Assembly (NCBI GenBank): GCA_010093995.1
Contig: ML992502.1
Coordinates: 2,721,462 to 2,754,798, forward strand
Length of the DNA: 33,337 nucleotides
Reading direction: 5' to 3'
Source: Elsinoe ampelina
Taxonomy: Eukaryota
Shown: positions 1 to 9,563 of the stretch, in pieces
Numbering within the stretch: the stretch's first letter is position 1
Layout: the number at the start of each line of letters is the position of its first letter
Translations under genes and position numbers: made by a program
Notes under the pieces: model-generated
The model's database searches: none
Told to the model about the DNA's origin: nothing
What the model saw: the letters and a program-made list of their open reading frames with translations, nothing else

Positions 1-225
1 ACTACCTAATCTACTAAACTAAGGTAGATTATAACTATATAAATACTTAACCTAATAAACTAAGAGATAACTAAATTAATAGAACTCCTAAATAACAATA
101 GATTAAGACAATAACTATTAAATTTAATTATAAATTAGTAGAGTAGTAGATAAGTGTTTAGTTCTACTAGGGGATAAACTAAATTAGAGTTCTTCTTAGC
201 GCTCTAGCTTATACCTCGGTTGATA

Positions 226-2232
226 TAAACTAGATCCTAACTAAATCTAGTTTGTAATTTATCTCGCATTACTATCTTAAATTGCTCTTATTTCGCTAGA
301 GAATAGAACTTGTTCTCTAGCTACTTATTTCTCTAGCTAGAGTAGCTAGTAGACTTATAGTCTATTTTAGAGTCGAACTAAGGCTAAACTAAATCTAGTT
401 TGTAGGCCGAACTAGTATCGACCTAGTTACTTAATTTAGCTAAGCAATTCTAAAGCTACTATATCTCCTCTATAGCGCTAATATATATAAAGTATATAGT
501 AGCGTAAGTAGCCTTCTCTAAGGCGCTAGCTATACACTTAGTAGAGATATGTCTAGGCTTGCTATATACGTAATAGGTAAGTACTAGAGCTAGACAAAAA
601 GACTATAGAGCACCTCTAGTAATAGGGTAGAAGGTAGGTAGAGCTATAGGCACGAAGGTAGAATAAGGTACATAAGTAGGTATAGTAATAGCATAGCTTA
701 TAGCTAGCATAGAATATAAAGCCTAAGTGTACTTAGTAATAAGGTTGTTCTATTAGATATTATAGTTAGTAGCGTAGGCCTTAGTAATAAAGGTAGTAAG
801 GTTATTAGTGTTATAGTTAACTAGAGTATTACGTAGCTTATTAGATATCTTCTAATAGATCTAGTATAGCTACTTCTCTTTAGTAATCTTAGCGTAAAAG
901 GTATACTTATTAAACTTGCTAATAAAGGAGTTAAATATACTATTATACTAGAAGAGGTTAGCGAACTAAGTATATATAGTAGCTCTATAGTTAGGATCCT
1001 TAAAGCGCTAGGCTAGGAGAGTAAGAACCTCTTTAATGCTAATAATATTATTACTAGCTAAGTCTATAATAAGGATATAAGCTTCTCTAGAGAGGTATAA
1101 GTATAGATAGGTAAACTAGGTATCTCTTATAGAAAAACAATCTATATTAGTATATATCTTATTCCTTATCTAGTGCTTAAAGACCTCGAACTACTCTAGT
1201 ATACCTATACTAAAGATAGCTAGGTCTAGTATCTTTTCTAATAAGGTAGAGCTATATATAGAAAGAGCTAGTATACTACGCTCTATCTTATTTTTTAGTT
1301 AGTTTACCTTAGCCTTAAGCTCTTAGATTTTATCTAGGTAGTAAGTAGCTTAGGTAGTAACGCCGTTAGTATAGAACTAAGATACGTCTAGTTCGGATTA
1401 GAGGTTACTAAGCTAGGCCTAAGTAGTATCTAACTTATAGTAATAGTAGAAAGTGTTAGTATAAGTGTCTTTTACCTACGTAGTTTACTTATTATAGAAG
1501 GACTTAATATAGTTAAATACGTCTCTTAGTGCCTATATACTATACTCTTTCTATAGCTTCTTAAGAAGTATAGTATTAGAGAGAGTAAAAAGATTATAGT
1601 AGAGAGAGTAGATAGAGACGTTATTATTATTAGAGATAGGTTAAGGTAGCTTACTTTAGTAGTGCTCTTTATTACTATAGTTAGATTAAGCTATACTTAG
1701 CATAGTTAGTCGTAAATATAATAGTAGAAAAAGTTAATATATAATAAAGAAAGTATTTAAAAATTTAGCTAGTAGCCTACTTTCTTCTTAAGTTATCTAT
1801 AACTTAACTTATTACCTTCTTCTTATATTTATAGTTTGTAGTATTAACCTATATAGTAGTAGTAAGAATCTATTATAGTATATATAGGAACTATAGTTAT
1901 AATAGCTTCTTCTTTAATTCTTTAATTCTTTATAAGTAGTAGTTATTAGTAGTTACGTAAGTAGTAGAATAACTAGATAGTTTAATAGCTCTATTACTCA
2001 GTCGTAGTCGTTTCAAAGTCTCAATATAGTAATTATAACTAGTAAGACAAAAAGTTAATTACGTCTATTTATTAAGATATTAAGACTTAGAAGAAGAAGA
2101 AGAAAGCTAGTATATAAAGCATATATAATATTAAGGGCAAAGTAGCTAGAAGTCTAGGCTATAATACTAAGATTACGTAACTAATCTAAACTAGATCCTA
2201 ACTAAATCTAGTTTATAATCTATCTTATATTA
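226..2232 (+). repeat. 46-bp direct repeat with internal palindrome; copies at 226-271 and 2187-2232, plus an 18-bp partial copy at 387-404
   Basis: taaactagatcctaactaaatctagtttgtaatttatctcgcatta versus taaactagatcctaactaaatctagtttataatctatcttatatta. All five differences are transitions. Each copy contains the inverted repeat aaactagat...atctagttt. Confidence 0.8.
534..1241 (-). pseudogene. gag: RIP-inactivated Ty3/gypsy-type retrotransposon gag remnant with CCHC zinc knuckle
   Basis: One minus-strand frame reads LEKILDLAIF...NKIYTNIDCF...YLYLYLSREA...RFKDPNYRAT...FANLF*...FISKF. Reverting C>T/G>A transitions gives a fungal gag-like pattern (SEKxPDPxxF...NADxF...SRLSGEA...FEDPNR...LxQ...F). 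In the same frame, 575-534 reads TAT TAC GTA TAT AGC AAG CCT AGA CAT ATC TCT ACT AAG TGT, which reverts to C-x2-C-G-K-P-G-H-x4-C. The in-frame stops I read are TAG, as expected from CAG/TGG. Confidence 0.75.
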
Positions 2233-3123
2233 TTTAGCTAGTCTAGTATAGGTATTAGAAACCTTAATTAAAGAGATAGCTACTAAGATCTAGCTTATAA
2301 TCTAGCTTATAAAGGTAGTATAACTTAGTTTATAGTTTACTCTATAAGTCTCTAAAGAGCTAAGTTAGTAGATATAATCTCTAGATAAGGTACTACCTAC
2401 GCTAGTACTAGTATATAGCTCTTTAGCTAGATAGTTAAACTATAATAAAGGTCCTCTAGTACCTTCTCTAATAAGCTTAAGAAGTATCTTAAAGAAGAAA
2501 AGACTAGTAGTAATAATAGAGAAGTAAAGAATATTATAATTACCTTCTATACTATCCTTAAAGGTTTCTTTATATAGCTAGAGTAATAGTTAGTTATAGA
2601 AGAAAGACACTTATAAGCTATAATTTAGTAATGTTAGTATATACTAACTAGTCTATTATACCTTTTCTTAGCTTTAATTTTATTTAAATAGATAGCGTTA
2701 TTAAGCTATTCAACTCTATATTCTCTATAGACTTCTAGCCAGCTAATTTTAGTAAGTAGAAGTCGGTGAAGAGTACCGCCAAGCCCGGGGTAGCTCGGTT
2801 GAACTCAAAACGACTGTATTCCAGGAACGATCGGCGCAAGGATGGGCCGCGGAAAAAAGCTTGCAAGCCTGTGCGGGGCAGAGGGTCAAAAAAGGTTCGG
2901 AAATGCACTGCTCGACTCTATCATAGTGACCATGTTCGAGTGCTTGGTTCAGTCAGCGAGTGGATCTAATCACGGTTGCTGCTGCGATAGCGGCTGCACG
3001 GCACCTAGTTCGTATAGAAGAAGTATTTGTCCCACCGGCCCTGCTAGATAAGTAGCTGTGCTGCCCCTCATCGGCTTCGCTTAGTAGCTGTGTGACCAAC
3101 CAAGACACAAATTCCAAACCACA

Positions 3124-4566
3124 ATGTGGGCGCGTACAAGCTTGCTAGCAGGCCTCGCCGCTACAACGGCGGCAGAGACAATTCACAGCGTGGTTGTCTT
3201 CTCACGCCATGGAGACCGGAGCTCCAAGTACTACCCTTTGTACCAGATGACCGCGCTGGGGGCTACGCAGGTCTATGAGTCTGGCAACTTCTACCGCCAG
3301 AGGTATCTGTCCAACACATCAGACCATCAGATCGCCGGTATTTCCCCAGACCGCGTCGTCGAACCCCAAGTCTGGGCAAGCGCTCCTGATCAAGCGGTGC
3401 TCTATCAGACAGCGACGAACTTCCTCCAAGGTCTCTATCCACCTCTTGGGACTATCAATAACGAGATTGGCACCGAGGAATTGACCAATGGCACATCCAC
3501 CACTGATCCTCTCAATGGCTACCAGTACATTCTTGTGCACGGTGAGGACTCCAATTCGCCAGACACGATCTGGATCAAAGGCGACGAGCAATGTCCGGCC
3601 TGGAGCAGCGCGAGCAAGACCTATCGTACTTCGCCTTCTTACCTTGACCGCCTCAATTCCACTGCGTCCTTCTACTCGCAATTTGAGCCAATCTTGAACC
3701 CAATCATGGGCGCCGGCAATGTCAGCTACAAGAATGCTTACGACGTGTTCGATCTCCTCAACACTGCCTCCATTCACAATGCTACCGTAGCGCCTCGCAT
3801 CCCAAGTGATGCGCTCGACCAAGCTCGCTACCTCGCCAATGAGTGGGAATGGAATATGAACTACAATGCGACTCAACCATCCAGGTCAGTGGGAGGTGCC
3901 GCCCTGGCTGGCGGCATACTCGCCCAGATGGACGCGGCCGTCAAGTCCAAAGCGACAAAGCAGAAGTTTAACCTCATGGCCGGCAGCTACGATACCTTCT
4001 TGGCTTTCTTCGGTCGCGCCAACCTGACGGCAGCCAGCGACAATTTCTATGGTCTGCCAAACTACGCTGCCACGATGGCTTTTGAATTGTTCAGCGAAGC
4101 GGATGATGCAGCGTTTCCTACCAACGTCAATGACGACTTGCGAGTCCGTTTCTTGTTCAGGAATGGCAGCGAGACCAGCTTGGATGCATATCCTCTATTT
4201 GGTCAAAGTCAAGAGAGTCTGTCGTACGGACAGTTTGTCGGCGAAATGTCACCCAGAGCAGTCACCAGTGTCCCACAGTGGTGCTCGACCTGTGGCAGCC
4301 TAGCAGACTTTTGCGTGGCGGCAAATCAGACCAACAGTGCCGCTGCGGATAAGGCAACCACGACATCAGCGTCCAAAATGTCCAACGCTGCAGCTGGAGG
4401 CATCGGCGCTGGTGTCACGCTCGCAGTAGTTGCTGTGCTGGGTGGACTCGCGGCGTTGCTGATGCGCAGGAGAAAGGGCAGGAAGACTGAGCAGCCAGTG
4501 ACAATGGTGGTAGCGCGCCCAAAGATGGAGAAGCGACTGAGTGCCAGCGAGACGTCCTCCGTGTAG
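3124..4566 (+). CDS. Histidine acid phosphatase (His_Phos_2 clade), signal peptide plus C-terminal transmembrane anchor, 480 aa
   Basis: N-terminal signal peptide, VVVFSRHGDRS catalytic motif, many N-x-S/T sites, and a TM helix GIGAGVTLAVVAVLGGLAALLM followed by RRRKGRK. Confidence 0.9.
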   Translation: MWARTSLLAGLAATTAAETIHSVVVFSRHGDRSSKYYPLYQMTALGATQVYESGNFYRQRYLSNTSDHQIAGISPDRVVEPQVWASAPDQAVLYQTATNFLQGLYPPLGTINNEIGTEELTNGTSTTDPLNGYQYILVHGEDSNSPDTIWIKGDEQCPAWSSASKTYRTSPSYLDRLNSTASFYSQFEPILNPIMGAGNVSYKNAYDVFDLLNTASIHNATVAPRIPSDALDQARYLANEWEWNMNYNATQPSRSVGGAALAGGILAQMDAAVKSKATKQKFNLMAGSYDTFLAFFGRANLTAASDNFYGLPNYAATMAFELFSEADDAAFPTNVNDDLRVRFLFRNGSETSLDAYPLFGQSQESLSYGQFVGEMSPRAVTSVPQWCSTCGSLADFCVAANQTNSAAADKATTTSASKMSNAAAGGIGAGVTLAVVAVLGGLAALLMRRRKGRKTEQPVTMVVARPKMEKRLSASETSSV

Positions 4567-4878
4567 AAGACCGGACATGAGGGGTAGGTCCGTCAATATG
4601 TAATGCATCCAATAGCAAGAAACAAATCGTATCAGAAAAATAAGCTTAGATGCAATCTGCACGGTCCGGATTGCTTGACTGTTTTTGGACTAAATGATCC
4701 ACAATGGTTGCCTCTTCGGTTCCCGGTCCGCCGATATGGCGCATGCAAATGCTCGTGCGGCGATGGGATTTTCTCAAGGCGAAAAGAAGTATAAACCGCT
4801 GGCGGCATTCTTGATCGTGCGAACATCAGATCTTCTTGAACGCCGTACCACCCACAGAGATTCTGAAGAGTGATCATC

Positions 4879-5397
4879 ATGTTCGAATTTATCCTCATCT
4901 CGCTCCTACAGCGATTGCTGTCCGCCATCATTCCTTACCTGCAAACGGCTGAACGCAGACTTCAACATCTGTTACACCAGAACGATGACGAGGAAAGGGA
5001 CAAATATGTTACCCCTCTCATACTCACAGCAAGCGAAATTGAAGCTCGTTCGTTCGAAGGCTTTGCACCGGGCACAGCGAACAACGTCTATTGGCGCACC
5101 CTTATCTCTCGCGACAGGACCCCGAGCGATAGCCTTACAGTCGGCAAAGCTGTGCTTCCTCCAATGTCAGGACAGCTGTGCCCGCACGCCCACCAGCAGG
5201 CTGAGGTGTACCATATTCTCTCTGGCAAGGGCGCAGTGACTCTTGGTGAAGGCGAGAGAGAAGTCAACGCTGGCGATGTAGTGTACATTCCAGGAGACGA
5301 GCGACATGGTATCCGCAACCTGAGCGAAAAGGAAGAGCTGACCTGGATGTACTACTTTGCCTGCGATGGCTTCGAAGATGTCAAGTACCGCTTCTAG
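4879..5397 (+). CDS. Cupin protein resembling the bacterial DMSP lyases DddK/DddW (intronless, about 172 aa from ATG 4879)
   Basis: Cupin motif 1 PHAHQQAEVYHILSGKG and motif 2 GDVVYIPGDERHG. The flanking VYWRTLISRDRT and C-terminal FACDGFEDVKYRF segments match the DddW/DddK pattern as I recall it. Confidence 0.8.
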   Translation: MFEFILISLLQRLLSAIIPYLQTAERRLQHLLHQNDDEERDKYVTPLILTASEIEARSFEGFAPGTANNVYWRTLISRDRTPSDSLTVGKAVLPPMSGQLCPHAHQQAEVYHILSGKGAVTLGEGEREVNAGDVVYIPGDERHGIRNLSEKEELTWMYYFACDGFEDVKYRF

Positions 5398-5742
5398 CGG
5401 GCGCGTTCTTTGTGTCGCAGGCTGCCGTGCTGGGCATACACGGCCTGCGACCAGGACGCTATTTCAACAACAAGATAACAATCCGTTTCAACAAATGACG
5501 GATGGCCTGATGATGTTTCTTGAAACATTCTGGCCAAGTTTCGCAGATCAGCGCAGATGGATTTGCACAGCCTGCCCCGCCTGCTCCGCCGCCCCGCTCC
5601 GCCCTGCTCGACTGCATGCCTGACCCAACACCTGTCTGGCACCTGATCACGGTCCTTGCAGTATGGGTTTTCTTGATGGTCTATAACTATCCCGTGGCAC
5701 TCACCGGTCTTCCATTGATAGCAACTACCACAGCCCACAACC

Positions 5743-6549
5743 ATGAGCAAAGCTACCATCTCGGAAAAGCCAAGCCCACCCGCGTCCCATCACGACCCGT
5801 CAAGCAGTGTACCTGCGGAATCGCAAGACACCTCACCACCGGTATACGACTTCACCGACTCCAAACCACTCTCTGCTGGTGAAGAAAAGAAGCGACTGGC
5901 CGCCAATGACAAGGCCGCCAATGTCGCCGACCTTGGTTCCTCGACATGCTCTTCGTCGTCCTTGACACAAACAACATGGCAGATCGTCACCGACTCTCGC
6001 ACATCAGGTTCATTCGATGTGCTCGATGACGCCGGTACCAAGCTCTATCGCATCCAGAAACGTGGTCGAAGCCCTCAAGTTCGACTTACATCCCTCACGA
6101 ATGGGCAACAGATTGGAGAGGCTTCGTACCTTTCCCATTCTCAAGTCGTTGACATGGACATCCAAGACGTCAAAGATGTCGAGCTCCGACCCGCTGGAAA
6201 GGGCAAGGATTACACCTACTCATCGCCTTCTCTCATGCGCCGCCTCAACTGGCACCGCGGTGCGATCGCCGGCCACGTCACGAGTATCACATGCAACGAC
6301 GAGCGAGGTGATGAAGTTGCCAAGTGGTCCAACGTCGGTATGAGCTGGAGTAAAGTCGCCAAGCTGGAGTTTGCGAGATGGATGGAAGTGGGTTCCGTCG
6401 AGGACGTACGGCGGCGGAAGGAGGAGATATTGTTCGTTGCGACGGTCATGCATTTCAAGGCGAGCATCGCGGCGAAGGGATTGCATATGGATGTGGCCAT
6501 GTCGTCGACGCCGGGGCTGGGCTTGTGGGGCATTTCTGCTGGGCCGTAA
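5743..6549 (+). CDS. Hypothetical protein, 268 aa; disordered N-terminus plus possible tubby-C/LURP-one-like beta-barrel domain
   Basis: Long ORF with ATG in a good context (caaccATG). Beta-strand-like segments (FDVLDDAGTKLYRI, LNWH, EVAKW, AKLEF) end in a hydrophobic helix (EEILFVATVM). The fold is an inference. Confidence 0.7.
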   Translation: MSKATISEKPSPPASHHDPSSSVPAESQDTSPPVYDFTDSKPLSAGEEKKRLAANDKAANVADLGSSTCSSSSLTQTTWQIVTDSRTSGSFDVLDDAGTKLYRIQKRGRSPQVRLTSLTNGQQIGEASYLSHSQVVDMDIQDVKDVELRPAGKGKDYTYSSPSLMRRLNWHRGAIAGHVTSITCNDERGDEVAKWSNVGMSWSKVAKLEFARWMEVGSVEDVRRRKEEILFVATVMHFKASIAAKGLHMDVAMSSTPGLGLWGISAGP

Positions 6550-6962
6550 TCGAGCATCACATGCTGCTGCCAGCACAGCTGCCACGTAGGGACGCACAAT
6601 GTGTAAAATACAGATTCCACTTCTTCCACTTCACCTCTTCTCCTTCCTTGTCGTCGCCGTCTTCCATATCGCACAAATTCTCCGTGTCACCAGCGTAAAG
6701 ATACTACCAGCACGAGCATACCAGCAGCGACGACATACCAGCAGCGACCACCACCACGACCTCCCACCTCCTCAGATCCTACCAGACCGCCGGCGCCTCC
6801 TTCATCTTTCCTCTTCTCTCTCCCGCTCTTCGTACGTTAGACCTTTTGCCCTTCCGTGGGTCGAGGCGGCAGGCGAGCTTCTCCCCCAGCTACAGCATCG
6901 ATGGTCCGACGACCATCAATAACTACCAGGGAGCGGCGCCGCCGTTCTCCTCCAGTGTCGTG

Positions 6963-7214
6963 ATGGAGGATGTCCTCCATCGGCTGACCTGTCTTGAGTG
7001 AGTACTACCAGGAATCGGTGAGTGTGGTAGGTACTGACGGAGATCCAGGGAGGCGCATAAGGAGGACATGAAGGCGGTGAGGGAGGAGACGGGCAAGGTC
7101 CGGGCGGATCTTGAAGGGGAGAACGATCGGTTGCGGGCGGAGCTGAAGGTGGTGAAGAGGGATCTGGAGGAGTGTCGTGCCCAGCTTTGCCTGGATGAGA
7201 ATGAGCTTGTATGA
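6963..7214 (+). CDS. Putative small coiled-coil protein, not in the ORF track (exons 6963-6997 and 7049-7214; 5' end uncertain)
   Basis: A 51-nt intron GTGAGT...ACTGAC...CAG (6998-7048) joins MEDVLHRLTCLE to EAHKEDMKAVREETGKVRADLEGENDRLRAELKVVKRDLEECRAQLCLDENELV*. The frame stays open upstream to 6699 without an ATG. Confidence 0.55.
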
Positions 7215-7756
7215 TACTACCAGGGCGATGTATTACTACCATATCAGAAAGGCCGGAGAGCTTGGGAGATGGTAATGCTCGGCGTGGTCTGGTAGTATTG
7301 GTAGACTTTTTTCATTTCCAGTCGTGTCGTAATATGCATCCCTCTTTACCTGTACCATCTGAATCATATCTCATCGTGTCGATAGTGTGATGTGTTGTGA
7401 TCGTGATCATTCTCGGGTTGCCCACCGCCCATGACGACCCCGATAACTACCAGAAATGTCATTGCTCTTCTGTATGCTCGTCGCTGGGATGGTCTAGGAC
7501 GTTCCTATAGTCACCGGAAACTACCATACTGTAGATCTTCTGGGAGTTCTTGAGCATATCCTTTGTATCTTATGGAAATATTTTGGTGATATCAACGTTG
7601 CAGAAGTGAAGTGAAGTGAATAGGTGCGCAAAAAGAGACAGAAGAAGCACACCAAGCTAGACTCGAACCCAAGCACCTGCAGCATGTCACGTGATAGCAC
7701 GGTCGAAAAGGGCAAAAAAGCACCTGCCCGGCAGGGCTCAAACTCTTTCTTTCGGC

Positions 7757-7898
7757 CGCGCATCAGGTAAACTGAGTGTAACAGGCTTCCGGAAGTGGTT
7801 TGATTCGTGGCTTCAGTAGAGCTCGCGCATCTGGACCAACAGAGTGTAACAGCGAATCTCGAAGAAACGCGCGCATCTGAATTGGCAGAGTGTAACAG
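7757..7898 (+). repeat. Three copies of a bipartite motif CGCGCATC-N7/8-C(A/T)GAGTGTAACAG
   Basis: Copies read directly at 7757-7784, 7824-7852 and 7870-7898. Confidence 0.85.
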
Positions 7899-8133
7899 AG
7901 ACCTCTGAAGATTGGGGGAACTCATATTTAGTGACTATATGAAGTTTGTTTCTGTGCCTCGTGACTTGGAAGAAAAATTGCAGCCCGTGCAAGGCGCAGG
8001 CACATACACAATGGCGTAATGAGATGTGACAAATATCGCTCACCTTGAAGAATCCAGTCAATGGGCTGTCGCAGTCTCAGTACGATCCATTTGATTTCAT
8101 CATTGCCAGAGTTGGACTGGTGCAATTCCCTGT

Positions 8134-8982
8134 TCAATCGTCCAAGGCCCGGAAGCTGACAAGACGAATAGTCCCAGAAGAGTCTTCTGTGACATGAGAC
8201 ATCACGCCCTCGACATCGAGCTCATCAGCCACCTCTCTATACTCTTCCACCTCCGGGAGACTAGCCTCAAAAGCGTCCTCCTGCTCCTCATCGTCCTTGC
8301 CCAAGAACGCAGCCTTGTGCACAAACACCGCAGACTCTGCCCGTCTACCTCGTTCCCGGAAGCCCTTCTCCTCGATCTTATGAAGCTGATAAGCGAAAAT
8401 AATATCCTGCGCCGTGGCACCAGCGCGACTGGACACTTTGTCTCTGGACCCTCCAACTTCGGCGCCCATACCTACACCTTCAACTATAGGCACCGACCCA
8501 CCGACTGCGCCGCCCTTGGAGGTGCTGACTTCGATATTGTACCGGAAGGCTTTCGCCACTTTGAGGCCCGAGACGACGTAGACCGGCCGTCGACCGAATC
8601 TGCCGCCGTTGATGCTGGCTCTGACTTTGGCGTCGTCCCGCACGAGAGCAGTGGCTTCTTCGTTGGTGATTTCTGGATCGAAGTAGGATGTCTCCAGGCT
8701 TTCCATTTCGTACTTGTCCGATGTCGTCTTGGACACATCGCCGCTCAGATTTGCGGTTGCTGTTGCCAGGAATTGAGCGAAGATGCTCGAGTGGAAGGAC
8801 TTGCCTCCCGATCTGGACGACGAGGTCTCCGTCTCGGTATGTGTGACGATCTTGGGCTGCGAGGTCAGTTTGCTGCGTACTTGTGTTGGTCGGAATGGGT
8901 CCTCGATGATGCTGCCCAAGGCTAGAGATCCGCCAGGATGGAGAGTGAAGTTTGGTGCTAGAAGGTAGGTTGGCTGAGCCAT
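8134..8982 (-). CDS. Fungal gasdermin (RCD-1/HET-Q1 family) pore-forming cell-death protein, 282 aa
   Basis: Family-typical segments in the expected order: TYLLAPNF..PGGSLALGSIIEDP, LETSYFDP, PVYVVSGLKVAK, a Gly/Val-rich beta-hairpin region, DIIFAYQLHKI, then KAAFL and an acidic tail of about 55 aa. Intronless, and of the expected size. Confidence 0.85.
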   Translation of the reverse strand: MAQPTYLLAPNFTLHPGGSLALGSIIEDPFRPTQVRSKLTSQPKIVTHTETETSSSRSGGKSFHSSIFAQFLATATANLSGDVSKTTSDKYEMESLETSYFDPEITNEEATALVRDDAKVRASINGGRFGRRPVYVVSGLKVAKAFRYNIEVSTSKGGAVGGSVPIVEGVGMGAEVGGSRDKVSSRAGATAQDIIFAYQLHKIEEKGFRERGRRAESAVFVHKAAFLGKDDEEQEDAFEASLPEVEEYREVADELDVEGVMSHVTEDSSGTIRLVSFRALDD

Positions 8983-9563
8983 GATGGTGGATCAGGGATA
9001 GCGACCCAGATGGCTATCTCAATCACAAGTAAATGTCGTTCAAGGGAGACATGAGAGCTCTGCTATATGAGACAACCGGGTGAGGGCCTTTGACCATCTG
9101 CTTTGTGATGCATGCACCCAGCCGCCACCACATTGCAGGCAGGCGGCTCTGCGTGGCTGTGCAAAGTCGGACTTCGCAGGCCATGTCGACGCGCTTGCTG
9201 AGTCCGGCAAGAGGTCGAGCATACTCACGATTCAATCTACGTCTTGACTCTGAATGATTGGTCAATGTTGCGAAGGATGCAAGGAAAGGTCTATAAAACT
9301 TTCTGAGACGTAGGTACACTCCGGTGCCGCATTCTTTGTCAGCATGCTTTTGCTAATCTGTTGTATCGGCACACCTCCCACCTCCTTCTCCAACTCATAT
9401 TTTCGTGACTACACTACATGCGAGCGCCGTACAATAGCGGACGGACTGAGGGAAGGGAAGAAAATCGCCAACTGGAGTTGCTCGCAACGAGCCGGCTTTG
9501 CAAGAGGACCAGTGTCCACAGCTGTCCTGAGACGAACACCGGCGGGACGATGATTTCTTTCCT

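Larger units (their letters stand above)
1..2765. mobile_element. RIP-degenerated transposable-element block (AT-rich), truncated by the window start
   Basis: Very AT-rich and TpA-rich (tag/cta/tata throughout), CpA/TpG visibly depleted, no ORF in the track, and an abrupt switch to balanced GC near 2765. This is the classic repeat-induced point mutation signature. Confidence 0.93.

Noticed and set aside
7645..7746. tRNA-like B-box fragments on the minus strand (GGTTCGAGTC; GTTTGAGCCC followed by a T-run)
   Set aside because: I could not build a T-stem, acceptor stem or cloverleaf.
7757..7898. CRISPR-like reading of the three spaced repeats
   Set aside because: The context is eukaryotic, there are only three degenerate copies, the spacers are unequal (39 and 17 nt) and there are no cas genes.
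8194..8925. 243-aa plus-strand ORF antisense to the gasdermin
   Set aside because: It is a shadow frame of a GC-balanced gene with no recognisable motifs.
8983..9563. Possible remnant of a divergent protease gene upstream of the gasdermin
   Set aside because: Only short ORFs are present, with no subtilisin (D/H/S) or caspase/CHAT motifs. A tBLASTn search would be needed to exclude a highly decayed remnant.
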